Part shown: in pieces, positions 37,591 to 50,399 of the stretch | Layout: each line of letters opens with the position of its first letter | Position numbering within the stretch: position 1 is the first letter of the stretch | Origin: Lama guanicoe | Lineage: Eukaryota | Length of the DNA: 62,000 bases | Reading direction: 5' to 3' | Assembly (NCBI GenBank): GCA_013239625.1 | Contig: MU054187.1 | Coordinates: 434,001-496,000 of the forward strand | Translations under genes and position numbers: made by a program | Notes under the pieces: generated by a model | The model's database searches: none | The model's input: the letters and a program-made list of their open reading frames with translations, nothing else | What the model was told of the DNA's origin: nothing

Positions 37591-38660
37591 TGGTTAAAAT
37601 TTAAAAAACTAGACAGACTTATTTACCACCACGTGCTGGGGAGGATATGGGACTCCCAGGGCACTCACCTACTGAGTGTGGTAGCGTGAGGAGTCCCACT
37701 GGACCCCACTAGGCACCATCCATTAAAGCCGGAGACATGGACCCAAGTCACTGCTCCCTAAACATAAGCCCCACAGCCACGCGTGCGCCAGGCCCCGGGA
37801 CAGGGGGCATACATGACTGAGCATGGAGCCGCCCGGGGGTGTCAGCCCGGCGTGAGCAACCCGAGGTGCTCTCCTTCAAACGCTGGTGAGCACACACAAC
37901 TCCACTGACAGATATGCAAACATGCGGAGTGAGAGGAGCCAGACAGGAGATCATATACATGTGGTTTTATTTATGTTAAGTTTTTAAAAATCCAGCAAAA
38001 CTGACCTGTATTGCTTAAGAATTGATAAAAGAAATGCTCACATATTGAAATGTAGGGAAGTCATGCTGGCTTAAACATGAGTTCACTTGAATTTTAGGCT
38101 AACTAAAATAGCCTGTTTGTGGCCCATCAAACGCGCTACTGTACATCCTCTTTAATTATTAAAAGACGACACTGATCAGAAGTAAAGGTCCGTGATTAAA
38201 AAAACATTTTTTTAAATAAATGCCAATTCTGGGCCTCCTTCAATGATAAGACCCCCTTCCCAGGGGCCAAGGCCACAGTGACTTGCTGTGCACACGCTTG
38301 TCTCTTTTTTTTTTTTAAACTTGAAGAAATGTATGCTCGACTTGCTAATGCTCTTCGTTCTGTCAACACGTGAGACTGTGCTGGAAACCCTGCTTGTCTG
38401 AGAGGCCGGCTTCTGGGCTAGTCCTCAGTTTGGCTCAGTTAAAATTCTTTTCTATTCTTAGTATTGATTGTTTATTATTTCGGTGACAGAATCACGCCTA
38501 TGTGGTAGAACTATAAAGGGACGCATGAATCAGGTTTTCATGTAGGTCAAGAGAGGGGTCACTTTGAACTGAGAGCTGATACTCCACTGACTGTGACGTT
38601 TGTTTTGTGCACTTTTCTACATGTTTGTCATATTTCACAATAGAAAAGGCTTTTTAAAAA
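37590..38660 (+). mobile_element. L1ME-like 3' UTR remnant, split by a solo LTR
   Basis: caaaactgacctgtattgcttaagaat | cacgcctatgtggtagaactataaag reads continuously once the LTR is removed; ends tgtgcacttttctacatg..atttcacaatagaaa. Confidence 0.6.
38023..38488 (+). mobile_element. ERV1-type solo LTR (466 bp)
   Basis: TG...CA termini (TGataaaag...tttcggtgaCA) with a 4-bp TSD GAAT at 38019-38022 and 38489-38492; 3' end tagtcctcagtttggctcagttaaaattc resembles ERV1 R/U5. Confidence 0.75.
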
Positions 38661-38989
38661 AGCCTCCAACGGCCGTTACTCAGTTAAGAGTTTGCTCAGG
38701 ACCCACCACCCAGTGAGGGTCTAACGCCCACTGGTTACGTGGGGGATGGACGTGTCCCCGCTCTTTCTGCTCTCCAAATGCTTACAATCTAACTTTATGG
38801 TGCAAACAAAAAAATACCCAGATTTACGGGAGAAAAAATACGGATGAAGAATAGATTGGAAATCGGCAGAGGGACTTCCAGGACAGAGGAACGACGAGTT
38901 AAGTCAGAGAATGGGGGTGAGCAGGGACTGTGCAGGGCTGCCAGCATCCTGCGTTGCGGGGGCTCCGGAGTGAAACAAAATACGCTTGG

Positions 38990-39850
38990 TTTTGAAGAGC
39001 CCTGTCGTGGGGCGTGCGCCGTCCGGGCGGTCCGCCTTCCCTCTTCCTCTGTCCTTCCGCTCTTCGTCGGGCGCCGCCCGCCCGGGCGGGAGCCTCGAGG
39101 CCCAGCTGGAGCGTGCGCCGCGCGCGCCAGGCCTGCCCGTGGGAGGGAGCGCGGCTCGCTCGGGCCTGCGCCCCGGCGCGCGCTCTCCGAGCTGGGGCGG
39201 TGGGGACGCGCGCCCGAGCGCGGGGCCTGCGGCGCACGGTGCGCTCGCCGAGCCGGGCCCACGCCCGTCCCCGTGGGAGCCCGCAGCCACCCAGGTCCCG
39301 GGGCCGAGGCTTCGGCGGGCGCTGCGCAGTCTGCGGGTGCCGTGTCCCGAGGGCCCGAGGCAGGCGGGTAGGAGCGCCAGTCAGAGCGGGGCCCCGGGCG
39401 GGAGTGGGGGCCAGAGGCCGGACTGCAGGGCGCGGACTGCGCACGCGCTGCCTCGTGGGTCCAGTCGGCAGGCGCCGCCCGAGTGCCTGCGGTGCCCAGA
39501 CGACGCGGGCGGCCGGGGCGAGGGGCCCGGGAGCCGCGGGTTGGGGGGGGGTTGGCACCGCCGTGGTCAGCGCAGCAGCGGAGTGGGGCCCCAGCCGGGG
39601 CTCCGCTCCAGCTGTCGCTCCAGGGGGAGCCGTCAGCGTGGACGTCAGCGGCTTGGGCGGCCCTGGCCGGGAGCGTCATTGGGGTGAAGCTGGTCAGGGT
39701 GACTGACCCCACAGGACGTAGACGCTGGCCCAGGGGAGCCGTTTTGGTATCTACTCGGGCTGCCAGCAAGGGCGGACCGAGAGCTGGCCCTGGCCGGGGT
39801 CTTCGGGCGCGCGTGACAAGGTTTCCCACCGCTGCCCCGTGTGCTTTTTG
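38990..39850. promoter_or_regulatory. CpG island with promoter-like motifs and no recognisable gene
   Basis: Very CpG-dense; several GGGCGG boxes; NRF1-like TGCGCACGCGC at 39438-39448; inverted CCAAT (ATTGG) at 38855-38859 just upstream. Confidence 0.85.
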
Positions 39851-42800
39851 TTCGGGTCAGGTTGCCTGCTGAGAAGTTTTGTTTCTTCCAAATAGGGCCG
39901 CGCACACAATGAAGCAAATAATTTTGGGTGCGGGAGTAGGAGGACACGTAATTAAATGCAGAAGGAGGACTACTGCATCTGTTAACTTCTGTGGCTTAAG
40001 GGGATCTCAAGAAGTAAAAGGGTTTGTTTCATACTATTTTTCCAAGGAAAGAATTTGTAGTAATTTCATGTTCTGAAATGTTCGTTTTAACCCAGTCGTC
40101 AGACATCACGCTCATTTTAACAAATCCATTTATTAAACAGTAGTGCGGGTTTCTAAACACCATTCTAGACTTAGAAAATCAAAAGCAAAACATGAGCTCC
40201 TTAGAGACCTGGAGAAGTTCCTTTCTCGTGTTTACACACTTCTAAAACCACGTAAGTGTATTTTAAAAACCTAATGCTGTGTGTTACTTGCTTTCCCGTC
40301 AGTCCGCATGGGTGGCGTAGGGCCCCCCAGGACGGCGTTGAACCCTCCACACGACTGACACGCAGGCAGCTCGGTTTCTCGTGGTCTCCGTTACTGGCGA
40401 TGCTGCACAGAGTAACGTGTGTGGCTGTCTGGCTGGGAGAGGCGCTTCTGTGTGAAAGCACAGGTCCCTTCAGGGTCCGCCTGAGTCCCTGATGACTGAG
40501 GGCTTTGGGCCCCCATCGCGGCTGTCACCCCTGTAGGCCTCTCCTGGGGGTTTCCCTGTTTTTTAAATCCTTTGCTGTGTGTCTTTTTTTCATGGTGACT
40601 TGTAGGAACTATTAATAAACTCTGGTGTTAATCCGCTGGTTTGACAGCTCTCCTGGGCCATCACTTCCCCCTCCCTCTCTGCTGCTGCTCATTCCCAGCC
40701 GCCCAGCACGTTCCCTTCCTTCTGGACCTGACTTGCCCTCCTGTTGCTCAGGCTAGCCCTTCACCCTGAGGATGGGGGCGCAGCAGCAGGGGTCGGGTCC
40801 TGTTCGTTCACCACTGGTCATTTGGTCAAAAGTGAAAACTGCGAAAGCAGTTTTGAGATCACAGACAACATGGCCTTTCTGGAAGGAGGAGAGGGCTGTC
40901 CTGTGATGGGCAGATAAGGGGTTTTAAATTAATTTTTAGTGACAGGGCCCGTGACACCGAGTCTCCGTCTCTTCAGGTGGTGTCTTTGCCCTTGAATGAA
41001 GCCGTGTGCTCCCTCCTGGCAGTCCTCTCTCCGACCCGCTCCGCTGCCCGCCCTGGGCCTCCAGGACCAGGCCCCCTAGTTGGCCTGCTCTCCTTTCTGA
41101 GACCTCTGCATCCAGATTCTGATTCTTACTCTCCTGACAAGTGGATGGTCACTGTGACCCGAGGAGTCTAGGAAGACAGCTGTTTTAGGACAGAAGGATG
41201 TTAAAAATTGAATTCGCAAAGAGCAAGCACTCTCTCGATGCTGAGTGTCCTGTGAGTGGTCGGTGGGTTTGGACCCCATGGCTGCAGGCCCTGCAGGAAA
41301 GTGCCTGCGACCCTAAGGGGTCCTACTTGAGCCCACATCCTCTGCCCTAGATTCAGACTGTGAAGTGGTCTGTAGCCACGCTAGAGAAGTTATGATCCCT
41401 CTGTTAATTCCCAGTGTCAGTCTTCAGGACAGCCTTATGACTGGGGCCCATCCTAGACCAAGACCGGGGGTCTGGAAGATGCTGGGGTGTTTGTCTAAAT
41501 CCGGAAGTATTTTTCACTGTTGTTGGACTGAGACACTCACTGTATCAGAGACTCCCACCCGGGGTCAGTCTTCCTGACATGCTGGCGGCCAGCTGGGGCT
41601 TCTGCTGACAACCACGAGCTCCCTGTGTGGCCCTCTCGGGTGCGGGGTTGTGGTTGTGCGGGATTGTGACCCCTTCCTCAATGCCACTGGACATCCCGGC
41701 GTTGACCCCCAGGGAGGGGCCGGTGGGAGCTTTAGGCCACCCTCTGGCTGCCTGACCACCTTCCCACCAGCAAATGCTCATTTGCCTGCATTGCTGGGAT
41801 GACCTTGGCTCTGGCCATCTGGTCTCAACGTGGTGGCTTGGGGAGGTGCTCAGACCTGCCCCTGCGGACGGCGCGCCGGAGGAGAACCAGGAGGTGCCCG
41901 CGGCTGGAGTTCCCGGGGGGCTCTGAGCCTCTGACTGTTCTGCTAACGGCTGCAGACAAGCCGGCCTGCGCAGCGACCCCGTGCCGGGAATGTTCTCCCC
42001 GCAGCGACGTCAGACCCCGGGGAACACAGGCCCTTCCTGCTTTGGGATGTGCGCTGAGCAAGTTTACATCAAGTCAACACACGTGGAAAGCTCAGGAGTG
42101 GTGTCGCTCAGGGAAGTCCTCGTCCTTTTCGGTGTGGCTCTATCGGCCTGCCCTGCTCGGGGAGTCGGCGGCACCGTGACTGGGCGGTCCGCCCTCAGGG
42201 ACCTGCTTCAGACAAGACCGGGCTCCAAGGGGCTGGGTTTTCTGTCTGTGGGCGCTGGTCTCCTCTTCTCAGCTTTGCCTGTGTTTTCAGAAAGCCTCGA
42301 AGTGGTCCTTCAGAGGGAGCTGCCGATGGACGCTCTCACTGGGGAAACTGGGGAGCTCTGCGCTGCTCTGCACAGCGTGCTGCGCTGTTTTTGCCTGGGA
42401 GTAGCCGTACGGTTCCAACTCTGCTCCCGTTTGCTGCGGCTCTTAGCTGGGGTGCCCACTGTGGCCGGAGGGCCAGTGACCTCTCGGCCGGTGCCCTGTT
42501 CCTGCTGGATGTGGGCAGGGCTGTCAGTCTGGCCGGTGGGTTAGACGGGCCTCTCCCTTGCATGGAGCAGCCCCTCCCGGCCTGGTCTGGGCCCTGCTGT
42601 GGTGGGGACTCAGGCCTGGGCTCCATGCGGAGGGCGTGCGTGGCCGGGCTCCGGGGCTGAGGCTCTGCCTGTGGGGCTCTGGTTCCTGCTGAGCAGCCCA
42701 CGCGTCTGGGCTCAGGTGTCTCCTTTGTGACCCGGAACCTTGCTGGGACCGAGTCCTGTGGGGATGTGCCTGGTCTGGGTGTTCAGGGACCACGGTCTGG

Positions 42801-45800
42801 CCTGTCACGGGGTGCTGGCCTTGGTGGACAGGCTTGGATGGCCTCAGGCTGGGTGCCACCATCAGCTCGTCCTGCCAGCCGGCCCCACAGGAACGGGCTT
42901 GGTCAGGAGGGAGGATGGAGGGGCACGCCTGCTTTCCCGTATCAAGCAGCTGGCCTCCCGGCTTGGAGGGATCAGCAAAGGGGGGTGCCTGCCTCGTTCC
43001 AGGAGAGGACGCCTGGTCCAGGCAGACACAGGTGTATGTGGCTGCGGCTGGGGCGTGGCTCTCCTCACTGCTGGAAGACGTGCTCGGGCTCCGCCTGTTA
43101 CATCTTTGCACACGTGTGAGGACGTCTCCTGCTCTGGGAAGACGTCCTGTGTCTCTGAGCACATGTGTGAATCAGGTACAGACGACTCACACTCACGTGT
43201 TTCTGAAGACAGTCTGAAGTGAAGTGGGCTGTATTTCTGTGAGTGAAGAGCCTTATTTTCTTGGCTGGGGGACGTTCATCATCTACCAGGTGGGTCAGAC
43301 AAAGCCCTGCACTGACGTCTGACCGCTTCCCGCCAGCCCTGCTGTTGGTCGGGGGTCTGAGACCAGAGTGGGGCTGGGGGTAGGGGGACACCAGCGTGTG
43401 CAGCATCCGTCAGTTTCTGCTTCTCACGTGCTTAGGCCCTGACGCTGGGCCTCGGCGGGCTGCCAGCCACGGGAGAGGAGACGACCCTGACCCGCTTGGC
43501 TAATGAAGCAGTGAGCGAAGGGGTGGGCCCAGCGGTCAGCCTGACCCCAGGGTCTGAACGTCCCGGGCTGGGTGTGCACTCACCCGGTCCCTTTGCCTGG
43601 GCCAGATGACCCCTGGTGTTCACGGGGCCCCCTCGTCCCAGGACGCTCACGGCTGGTGGACCTACTCCTGTCCAGCCCTCCCGCCCTTGTGACCTGACCT
43701 GGTTCAGTCATTTGTGCTCTGTCGTCATTTTCCAGTTATTCTTGTGTGAAGCCCCTGTGAGCACTAACGGTCCTCCTTGGTGTATTTCCAGTTTCGACAC
43801 TCCGCTCTCAGTGTGCAGCGGTATGACACGGTTGGGAGACAGGTGTCTGACGACGTTGTGCAAGTTGGGGCTTTTGCTTTGGGTAAACTGGGGAGGGTTT
43901 GTCAGAGGAAAGCCTGTCAATCAATTACGCCTAGTGTGTCTGTTTCATGGCAGTAGCTGGCAGGACTCTGCACCCTGCGCCTTGGGTCAGAGTAAGTTCT
44001 CTGCTGTCTGCGACATCCGGAGGGTTGCTCTTTGCACCCAGTTTCCTGATGGGTGGAAACAAGGGCCTCTTCTGTGATCCTGAGGTGCCAGTTTGACCAG
44101 GAAGACAAAGAGATGTTTAAATAAAGTCCCTGGACATTTACTTGGCCTCAAAATTGCTTCTCCAGACGTGCACATTGTGCAGCTTTGCAGATCTCCGAGT
44201 GTTTCTGTGACCGGCTCCGAGGAGCCTGTGTTGCAACTTCTCTTTTTGTCCTGGGGGGAGGAGGGAAGGAATTAGTTGTCTTTTCCCCCTTCCAGAGAAC
44301 TGCCAAAAGAATTTCGGCTCTCCCAGATGAAGTCAGTTTTAAATTGTGGTTCTCCCGAGGTTCGTCTGGAAGAAGACACAGCAGTTCTGAGAAGCCAGCA
44401 GTGGAGGCTGCCAAGCTGCTCTGTTTCCCTGGCTGCAGCTTCTGCTTCCTCGCGTTGGGGTCAGTGGGAACAAGCCACAGTCTCCCAGGGCTGGGGAGCC
44501 CTCCCCACAGTGGTCTTGCCCACCTCTTCGCCTATCCGGTCTTGGCCTCCGTCTTCTGGTTGCAACACGACTCCAGGCTGAGCCTCTGCGGAGCTGGGTT
44601 CTCACCGACTCTGTTCTGTCAGGGGCGCAGGTGTCCCTGGGAGTGTAGCGCCCGTCTCTGCTCTGGGGTTTGGGACAGGGGGAGAGGCTGTGGCAGTGCT
44701 GTAGGAAGAGTCACCAGGGTCGCGCGCATGGTGGTTCGGGGCCTCGGAGCGGAAGGCGCAGAGGGGGCGGGACAGCCTAAGTGGAGGCCGGCAGTGTGGT
44801 CAGCGCCCGGACACGGCCGTCGGCCTCACCATGTCCCTCGGGACTGATGGGCGACAGTTGTGGAGAAGTTTCGCTGCTGTTCAGGCAGAAGGCGGAGTGC
44901 GGCCCCTGGGGCCTTCCCAGAACCACAGGGTGTGAATATTTCTCCCCAGCATCCGAGGAGCCATCCGGAGAGCCGTCGGACATGGGCTTTTGAAGGCTGT
45001 GCCCGCTCTCGTGGGTGCCAGAGTGAGCGCACGGGTCCGCAGCATCTCGTCCAGGCCCTGTGTTGACAGATAAACACACCACAGCCAGGACGGTTAGGTG
45101 CTGTGCCCAGCGACATGCAGGGCGGACGGCAGAACCCAGGGCAGACCTGCCTCCTGACCTTCCCGGAGCCCTTCTCCTGTCTCACCCCTGCAGAGCCCAT
45201 CTCTGGGGAGTCCTCATGAAAGAAATGAAATGTTTGATTAAAAGCTTCTCATGATTGCCTTTTGACATCAAAATAGTTCAAATGTGAGAATGAGCATTCT
45301 CTCGCAGGTGAGCCTCTGCGGGCTGGAGGCCACGGGCCATCCCTGTACCCGGGTGGGGGGCTGCTGGGAGCAAAGGATGCAGGTCCGGGTCCCCCAGATG
45401 CTCCCTGCTTCCTGGGAGGCAGACTGGGCAGCAGATCCTGGAGCCCGGCTTAGATGCTGCGTTATCAAAACGCACTTAAACTGCTTCATTGCCTAACTGT
45501 TTAATTTATACTTGCTAATCCGTGTTCTAAATCTCCCTCTTTTTCGTGGGGAGCCTCGAGCAGACAGAAACCATTTGTTCATTTCTGCATCGCTCAACAG
45601 AGGGCCCTGTTAGGATCGCAACCTAATTTTTATCCAGATTTGAACGCTCATTTGAGTAAATGCAGTATGTTGATCTCTGAAATGTTCAGTGAAATATTGT
45701 GGTCGGTTGGGTAATTTTCTGTGGCTAAAGGGTCTTCTTTTAAGGCTCCACCTAGGTTGCTAATATCGTTATGAAAATGCGTGAGAATTTACTATATAGC

Positions 45801-46649
45801 TGTTAACTTTTTAATCAGAACACTTTGTTTCTTATTTTGTTATTTAAAATGGAAAAAGCAGTTAGACCCTTTGTGGCATAATTATTTGCCAAATGTAACT
45901 TGTTTCCAAACTGCAATGATCTTGGAGCTGAACTACCACAAACAAGAGTTTGGAACCAGTAAGCCATTTGTATTTTTAGCTTTTAAACAGCCGAATAGTT
46001 TGCCCTCAGTTTTCCGAGGAAAAAAGTTCCCTCCCGGGCTGAAGCTCTGCACTGAGGCCTTTGTGCACGAGGCTGCCATCCAGGCTCCAGAGCACGGAAA
46101 CAGAGGTTCCCAGTGATTCAGGCTTAATAACAGTGTCCGTGCCTATGAAATTCCAGCTTCTGAAATTACAACGCAGGAGGTCGTTAGACTAGCCGGGTTC
46201 AGTCCCCGCATGAAACCACAGCCCCAGCGCACGGCGGGAAGAGGCCGGCGCGCAGACCGGGTCAGGGCAGTGCCCGTTAGCTTCGGGTCCAAGCACCCGC
46301 TTTTCATGGTGCTGGAGGCCTGGACGTAGACCGACAACGCCGGGGTGGCTTCGGGGCCGCTGGGCAGAGAGGAGCACGTGTCCCGAGCACTGTGGTCGAG
46401 ACACATCCACGTGTGTCCGTCCTTTGGCCTCTGTGCACTGCGCGGTGCGTGGGGAACGCAGGCTGATGTGTCGGTGACGCGGGAAGCTGCGCTTACGAAA
46501 GGGCTGCAGGGACCGAGGAGGGAGCCGGGAACAGCTCGGAGGTCCCACCTCCTCCCTCGTGCTTACTTGTGTAACTTTCCGCTAGTGAAGCCGACAGTCT
46601 GTTCAGCTATGTGGGGACACCGGGGCCAGGGCCACCGTGCTGTAGGGAT

Positions 46650-47027
46650 GAAGGGGGGCTGACGTGGGGGGGAAGTGGGGACGACGTNNNNNNNNNNNNN
46701 NNNNNNNNNNNNNNNNNNNNNNNNNNNNNNNNNNNNNNNNNNNNNNNNNNNNNNNNNNNNNNNNNNNNNNNNNNNNNNNNNNNNNNNNNNNNNNNNNNNN
46801 NNNNNNNNNNNNNNNNNNNNNNNNNNNNNNNNNNNNNNNNNNNNNNNNNNNNNNNNNNNNNNNNNNNNNNNNNNNNNNNNNNNNNNNNNNNNNNNNNNNN
46901 NNNNNNGATGCGATAGGGGTGGCGTGGGGATGATGGGGGGTGATGGGATGACGCGGGGATGACGTGGGGTGACGTGGGGGTGACGTGGGGCATGACGTTG
47001 GGGCTGATGTGGGGGGTGACGTGGGGG
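46650..47027. repeat. G-rich minisatellite (~10-11 bp unit tgacgtgggg[g]) spanning an assembly gap
   Basis: The same unit flanks both sides of the N-run. Confidence 0.85.
46688..46906. other. Assembly gap (219 N)
   Basis: Run of N characters. Confidence 1.
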
Positions 47028-47082
47028 ATAACTCAGGGTATAGTGTAGGGGATTAGAACCTGATTTGCATAGTCAAGGGACT

Positions 47083-47210
47083 GCGTGTGTGCATACATGT
47101 GCGTGTGTGCATGCATGTGCGGGCATGTGGAAATGTGTATGTGTGTGACCACGTGTCTGCGTGTGGACACGAGTGTGCACTTGCACAGGGGCAACATGTG
47201 TGTGTGACAT
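47083..47210. repeat. Degenerate (TG/CA/CG)n alternating purine-pyrimidine tract
   Basis: gcgtgtgtgcatacatgtgcgtgtgtgcatgcatgtgc... Confidence 0.7.
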
Positions 47211-49361
47211 AACGTTTGGGCCGTTGCCCAGTCCCTTGCGTGGCTGTGTCCTGAGTAGTAAATGCTCAGCACAGTGAAGCTGGAGGGAGGGGAACTCCAG
47301 CGCTGAGACACGGCCAACGAGGAGGAAGACGAGGGGTCAGGGATACACACAGACACAAGGGAAGAAAACTCTTGAACTCGTGTGGGAGGAGCCCCGGGCC
47401 TCGTCCCAGACCCTCTGGCCCTCACAGCTTCTCTACTCGGCACCGTTACTGGACCCGCGTGTGCAGATCTGTGTGTGTCAAGTGCCTGTGTGCGATTTCC
47501 CCAGTGCTTTTCTCTGCCTTGAACTGCTTTAAATCTCACCCTAGTCTAGATTTTTCACAAATGTGTCCACATCTTTCTCTTCAAGTCCTTGAAAACTGGC
47601 CATGCGTCTGGAACATCTCTGATGGGCTGTACCCTTTCTGTTCCTTCTTCTGTACAAAGTTATTTCCCGTCACTGTCTGGGAGTTCAGCTTCTGTGAATA
47701 AAGGATCTCTCATAGAAAAGCACAAAATTTATCTAAAGAAAAAAATTGGACAAGAGGCGAGGTGGGGGCCTTTTACCGAAGCATCCGTCTTTTATGATGT
47801 CTGTGGTCTTATTTTGGAAACGCAAGCTTTGTGCTGTCTTCGAAGCCTCAAAGGAGAGAACAGAATTAGGTTTTGACTTCTGGTTTGTCCCCTGCAAAGC
47901 CGGAAACCAAGGCAGACTCCCGAGGACATGGCCGAGGACCTGCGCTCAGAGGCGCGCTCTCCCGGCGCGGCCCCGCTCCCCTCCGGCTGCGCACGGGTTG
48001 GTCCCTTGGCTGAGCCCCGGGCCTCAGTCCCCGGTCCCGACCAACCCCGTGCTCTCCTTTCGAAGAACGATGCTGTCACGCTTGGCTCTAAGATCTCGGT
48101 GCTGATGTCACAGGCGGTCAGATCCCCGTGCTCAGCACGGAGGGCCGGGGGCATTTCTGCTGCGCTCTTTCCTCTGCCGCAAACTGGACGCGTTCCAAGT
48201 CCAGCGTCACCGCCCCTGCCACGCGCTTGAGGTCTGAGGATTTGCCAGAAGTTTTCAACTGCCGCCCTCCTCCCGAGTCAGCGCGTTCCACCGCCTCGTC
48301 CCCCTGTTCCTGAGGCTCCCGTCCTGGGCGCCAGCTCTGCGGAGGCACAGAGGAGCCGGCGTGGGTGAGCAGGTGCTCCTGCAGGGCCACCCGCCGACCT
48401 TTCCAGGTGACCCCGCAGTGACAGCGAGGTGACACGCCGTACACGACTGTCCACGGCGCTTCAGAGGGTTGTGTGTCTGTTTTTCATTCTCGTCTTAGAA
48501 AAAGTCTTGTTTTCCAGGAAGGCCTTGATGTCTCTTACTCTGACTAGATGAGCGAATCAATTTTTGTCTTTTATGCAGAAGACTGTGTGTTTTTAGGTGA
48601 AGGCTTTAGCCGGAGCCAGCAGTTTGCCCCTGCTCTGACGTGTGAGCCTTGAGACACATACAGATGGTTTTCAGGGATTCAACCAAGATAAGAAGATGTC
48701 AGTTAGGTGCACAATTAATGCTAGGAAATAAATTTTTAAGTTGTTTTTGGTGACATGTATCCAAAGAGCTTTTTTTAGCCTTGACTTATTTTATCACACT
48801 TGATTTAATTAAGACTGAAGACTACCCAAAACTTGGGGGGGGGGCACTCTACAAAGGACATGATGAAGAAAATGAGTTTTTAAAAGTAGGCTTGAAAAAA
48901 TTCCTTTCATTTTAAGAGAAGTTTTAATGCATAAGAGTTTGGTTTTGCTTTGATCCAAAGATCTACTAACAATTTTTTAAAAATAGAAAGTGGTTATTAA
49001 GTCGTATGTCTATAATAAATTCAAAGACTACCAATGAACAGAGAATTAACTAGGCCAAACCAAAGAAGCAGTCACGTGGTTCTGCTGCCGAGATCCAGGA
49101 AACCTGAGAGAACCACTTATGACAGCTTTCCATTTTGTGGTCTTTTAACTTGACCTTAAATTACAACTCAGAGTAACATGGAAACTAAGGCTGGAGGCAG
49201 GAGGAGGGAGAGGGGAAACCGAGAAGAACAGTGACTGCATTTTTGCATCTTACACTCTTGAAAAGTTTTATCAGCAATCTGGAAATTCAAGATAGAATTT
49301 GAAAAGTTCCTTTGAAAAAAACTCTAAAACGTCTATTTACTTTGTAGATGAACGGTTGTGG

Positions 49362-49854
49362 CGTATTATTTCCTGCTGCTGCTGTGGAAGGTTACCGCTA
49401 ATGTCGTGGCTTCAGACAGCACAGGTTATCTTGAGTTTCTGTACCTCAGAGTGCGGCAGGGTCTCCCTGGGCTGAAGCAAGATGCAGCCACCCGGCTTTC
49501 CTCCCTGCGGGGGTGGGGGGTGGGGTGGGCAGGGTCCTCAGCTTCTGCAGCTCTGGGGCTGCACCCCCAGAGGCTTGTGGCCTCTCCCTCCCTCACCTGA
49601 GCCAGCAGCACACGCGCCCTCAGGGCACGTCAGTCCCGCTGGGTCTCCTGCCTCCACCCTCACTCTTGGAACCCCCGTGATTATGGGGCCCTTCAGGTAG
49701 CCCAGGGTGCTCTCCCTGCTTTCAGGTCAGCCGACCAGCGGCCTTAGTTGCGCCCGTTCCCTCAGCTCCCCGTTGCCACGTGACAGTCCACACTCGCAGG
49801 CTCTGCAGCTGGGACGCGGACAGCCCCTGGGGCCGCTGTTCCCAGCCCCTCGCG
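49362..49854 (-). mobile_element. MLT1(D-like) MaLR LTR, GC-drifted
   Basis: cgtattatttcctgctgctgctgtg..gtggcttcagacagcaca...gtgattatggggccc..caggtagcccagggtgctctccctg..caggtcagccgaccagcggccttagtt; flanks tgtgg/tgggg. Confidence 0.7.
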
Positions 49855-50399
49855 TGGGGTGTTGAGGCTTCTGGCGTGCTCTGGTTGAGAATGGGTCTGC
49901 AGAAGGTAAAGCATGTGTACACGCGCACCTTGAGGTGGTTACTCCCTTTCCAGGGTTTTAGATGACGCGGGTATTTCTGACGTTTTGATAGGAACCGAAC
50001 AGCGGGGCTCGAGGACCCATCCCCCTCCCTCGAGGGTGACAGCTGAGCTTCGCCTCCGCCTGGGGAGGAGCCTGCAGGGAAGCCGCAGGCAGCAAGGGAG
50101 GCAGCACAGGGCATGGAGGAGACTCATGCTCCGACGCAGGGCTCTACGAGCAGGCAGCGCAGCCCCTCTCCTGCCGCAGGCGCGTAACCTCTCACGCGAA
50201 AGGGCCGTTTACCACACTTCCTTCAACCTGACGCCTCGTCTCTGGCTTTCAACAAAAAACCTCAAGTCTTGCTAAAACACCAAAAATGCGGTGTAAAGAG
50301 ACGAGGACTAGCTTCAGGACTAGACTCAGGTCCAGCAGGGATTCGGGGTTGAAGCAGCCGTGATTAACGTGTATGGGCTCTGGCAGGAAGAGCGCACAG

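Noticed and set aside
38795..39947. Long overlapping ORFs (344, 233, 230, 219 aa) across the CpG island
   Set aside because: Open in many frames on both strands, with low-complexity Arg/Pro/Ala/Gly content and no domain; expected from stop-codon scarcity at very high GC.
41800..45250. Many 100-220 aa ORFs in the GC-rich region
   Set aside because: No consistent frame, domain or exon structure.
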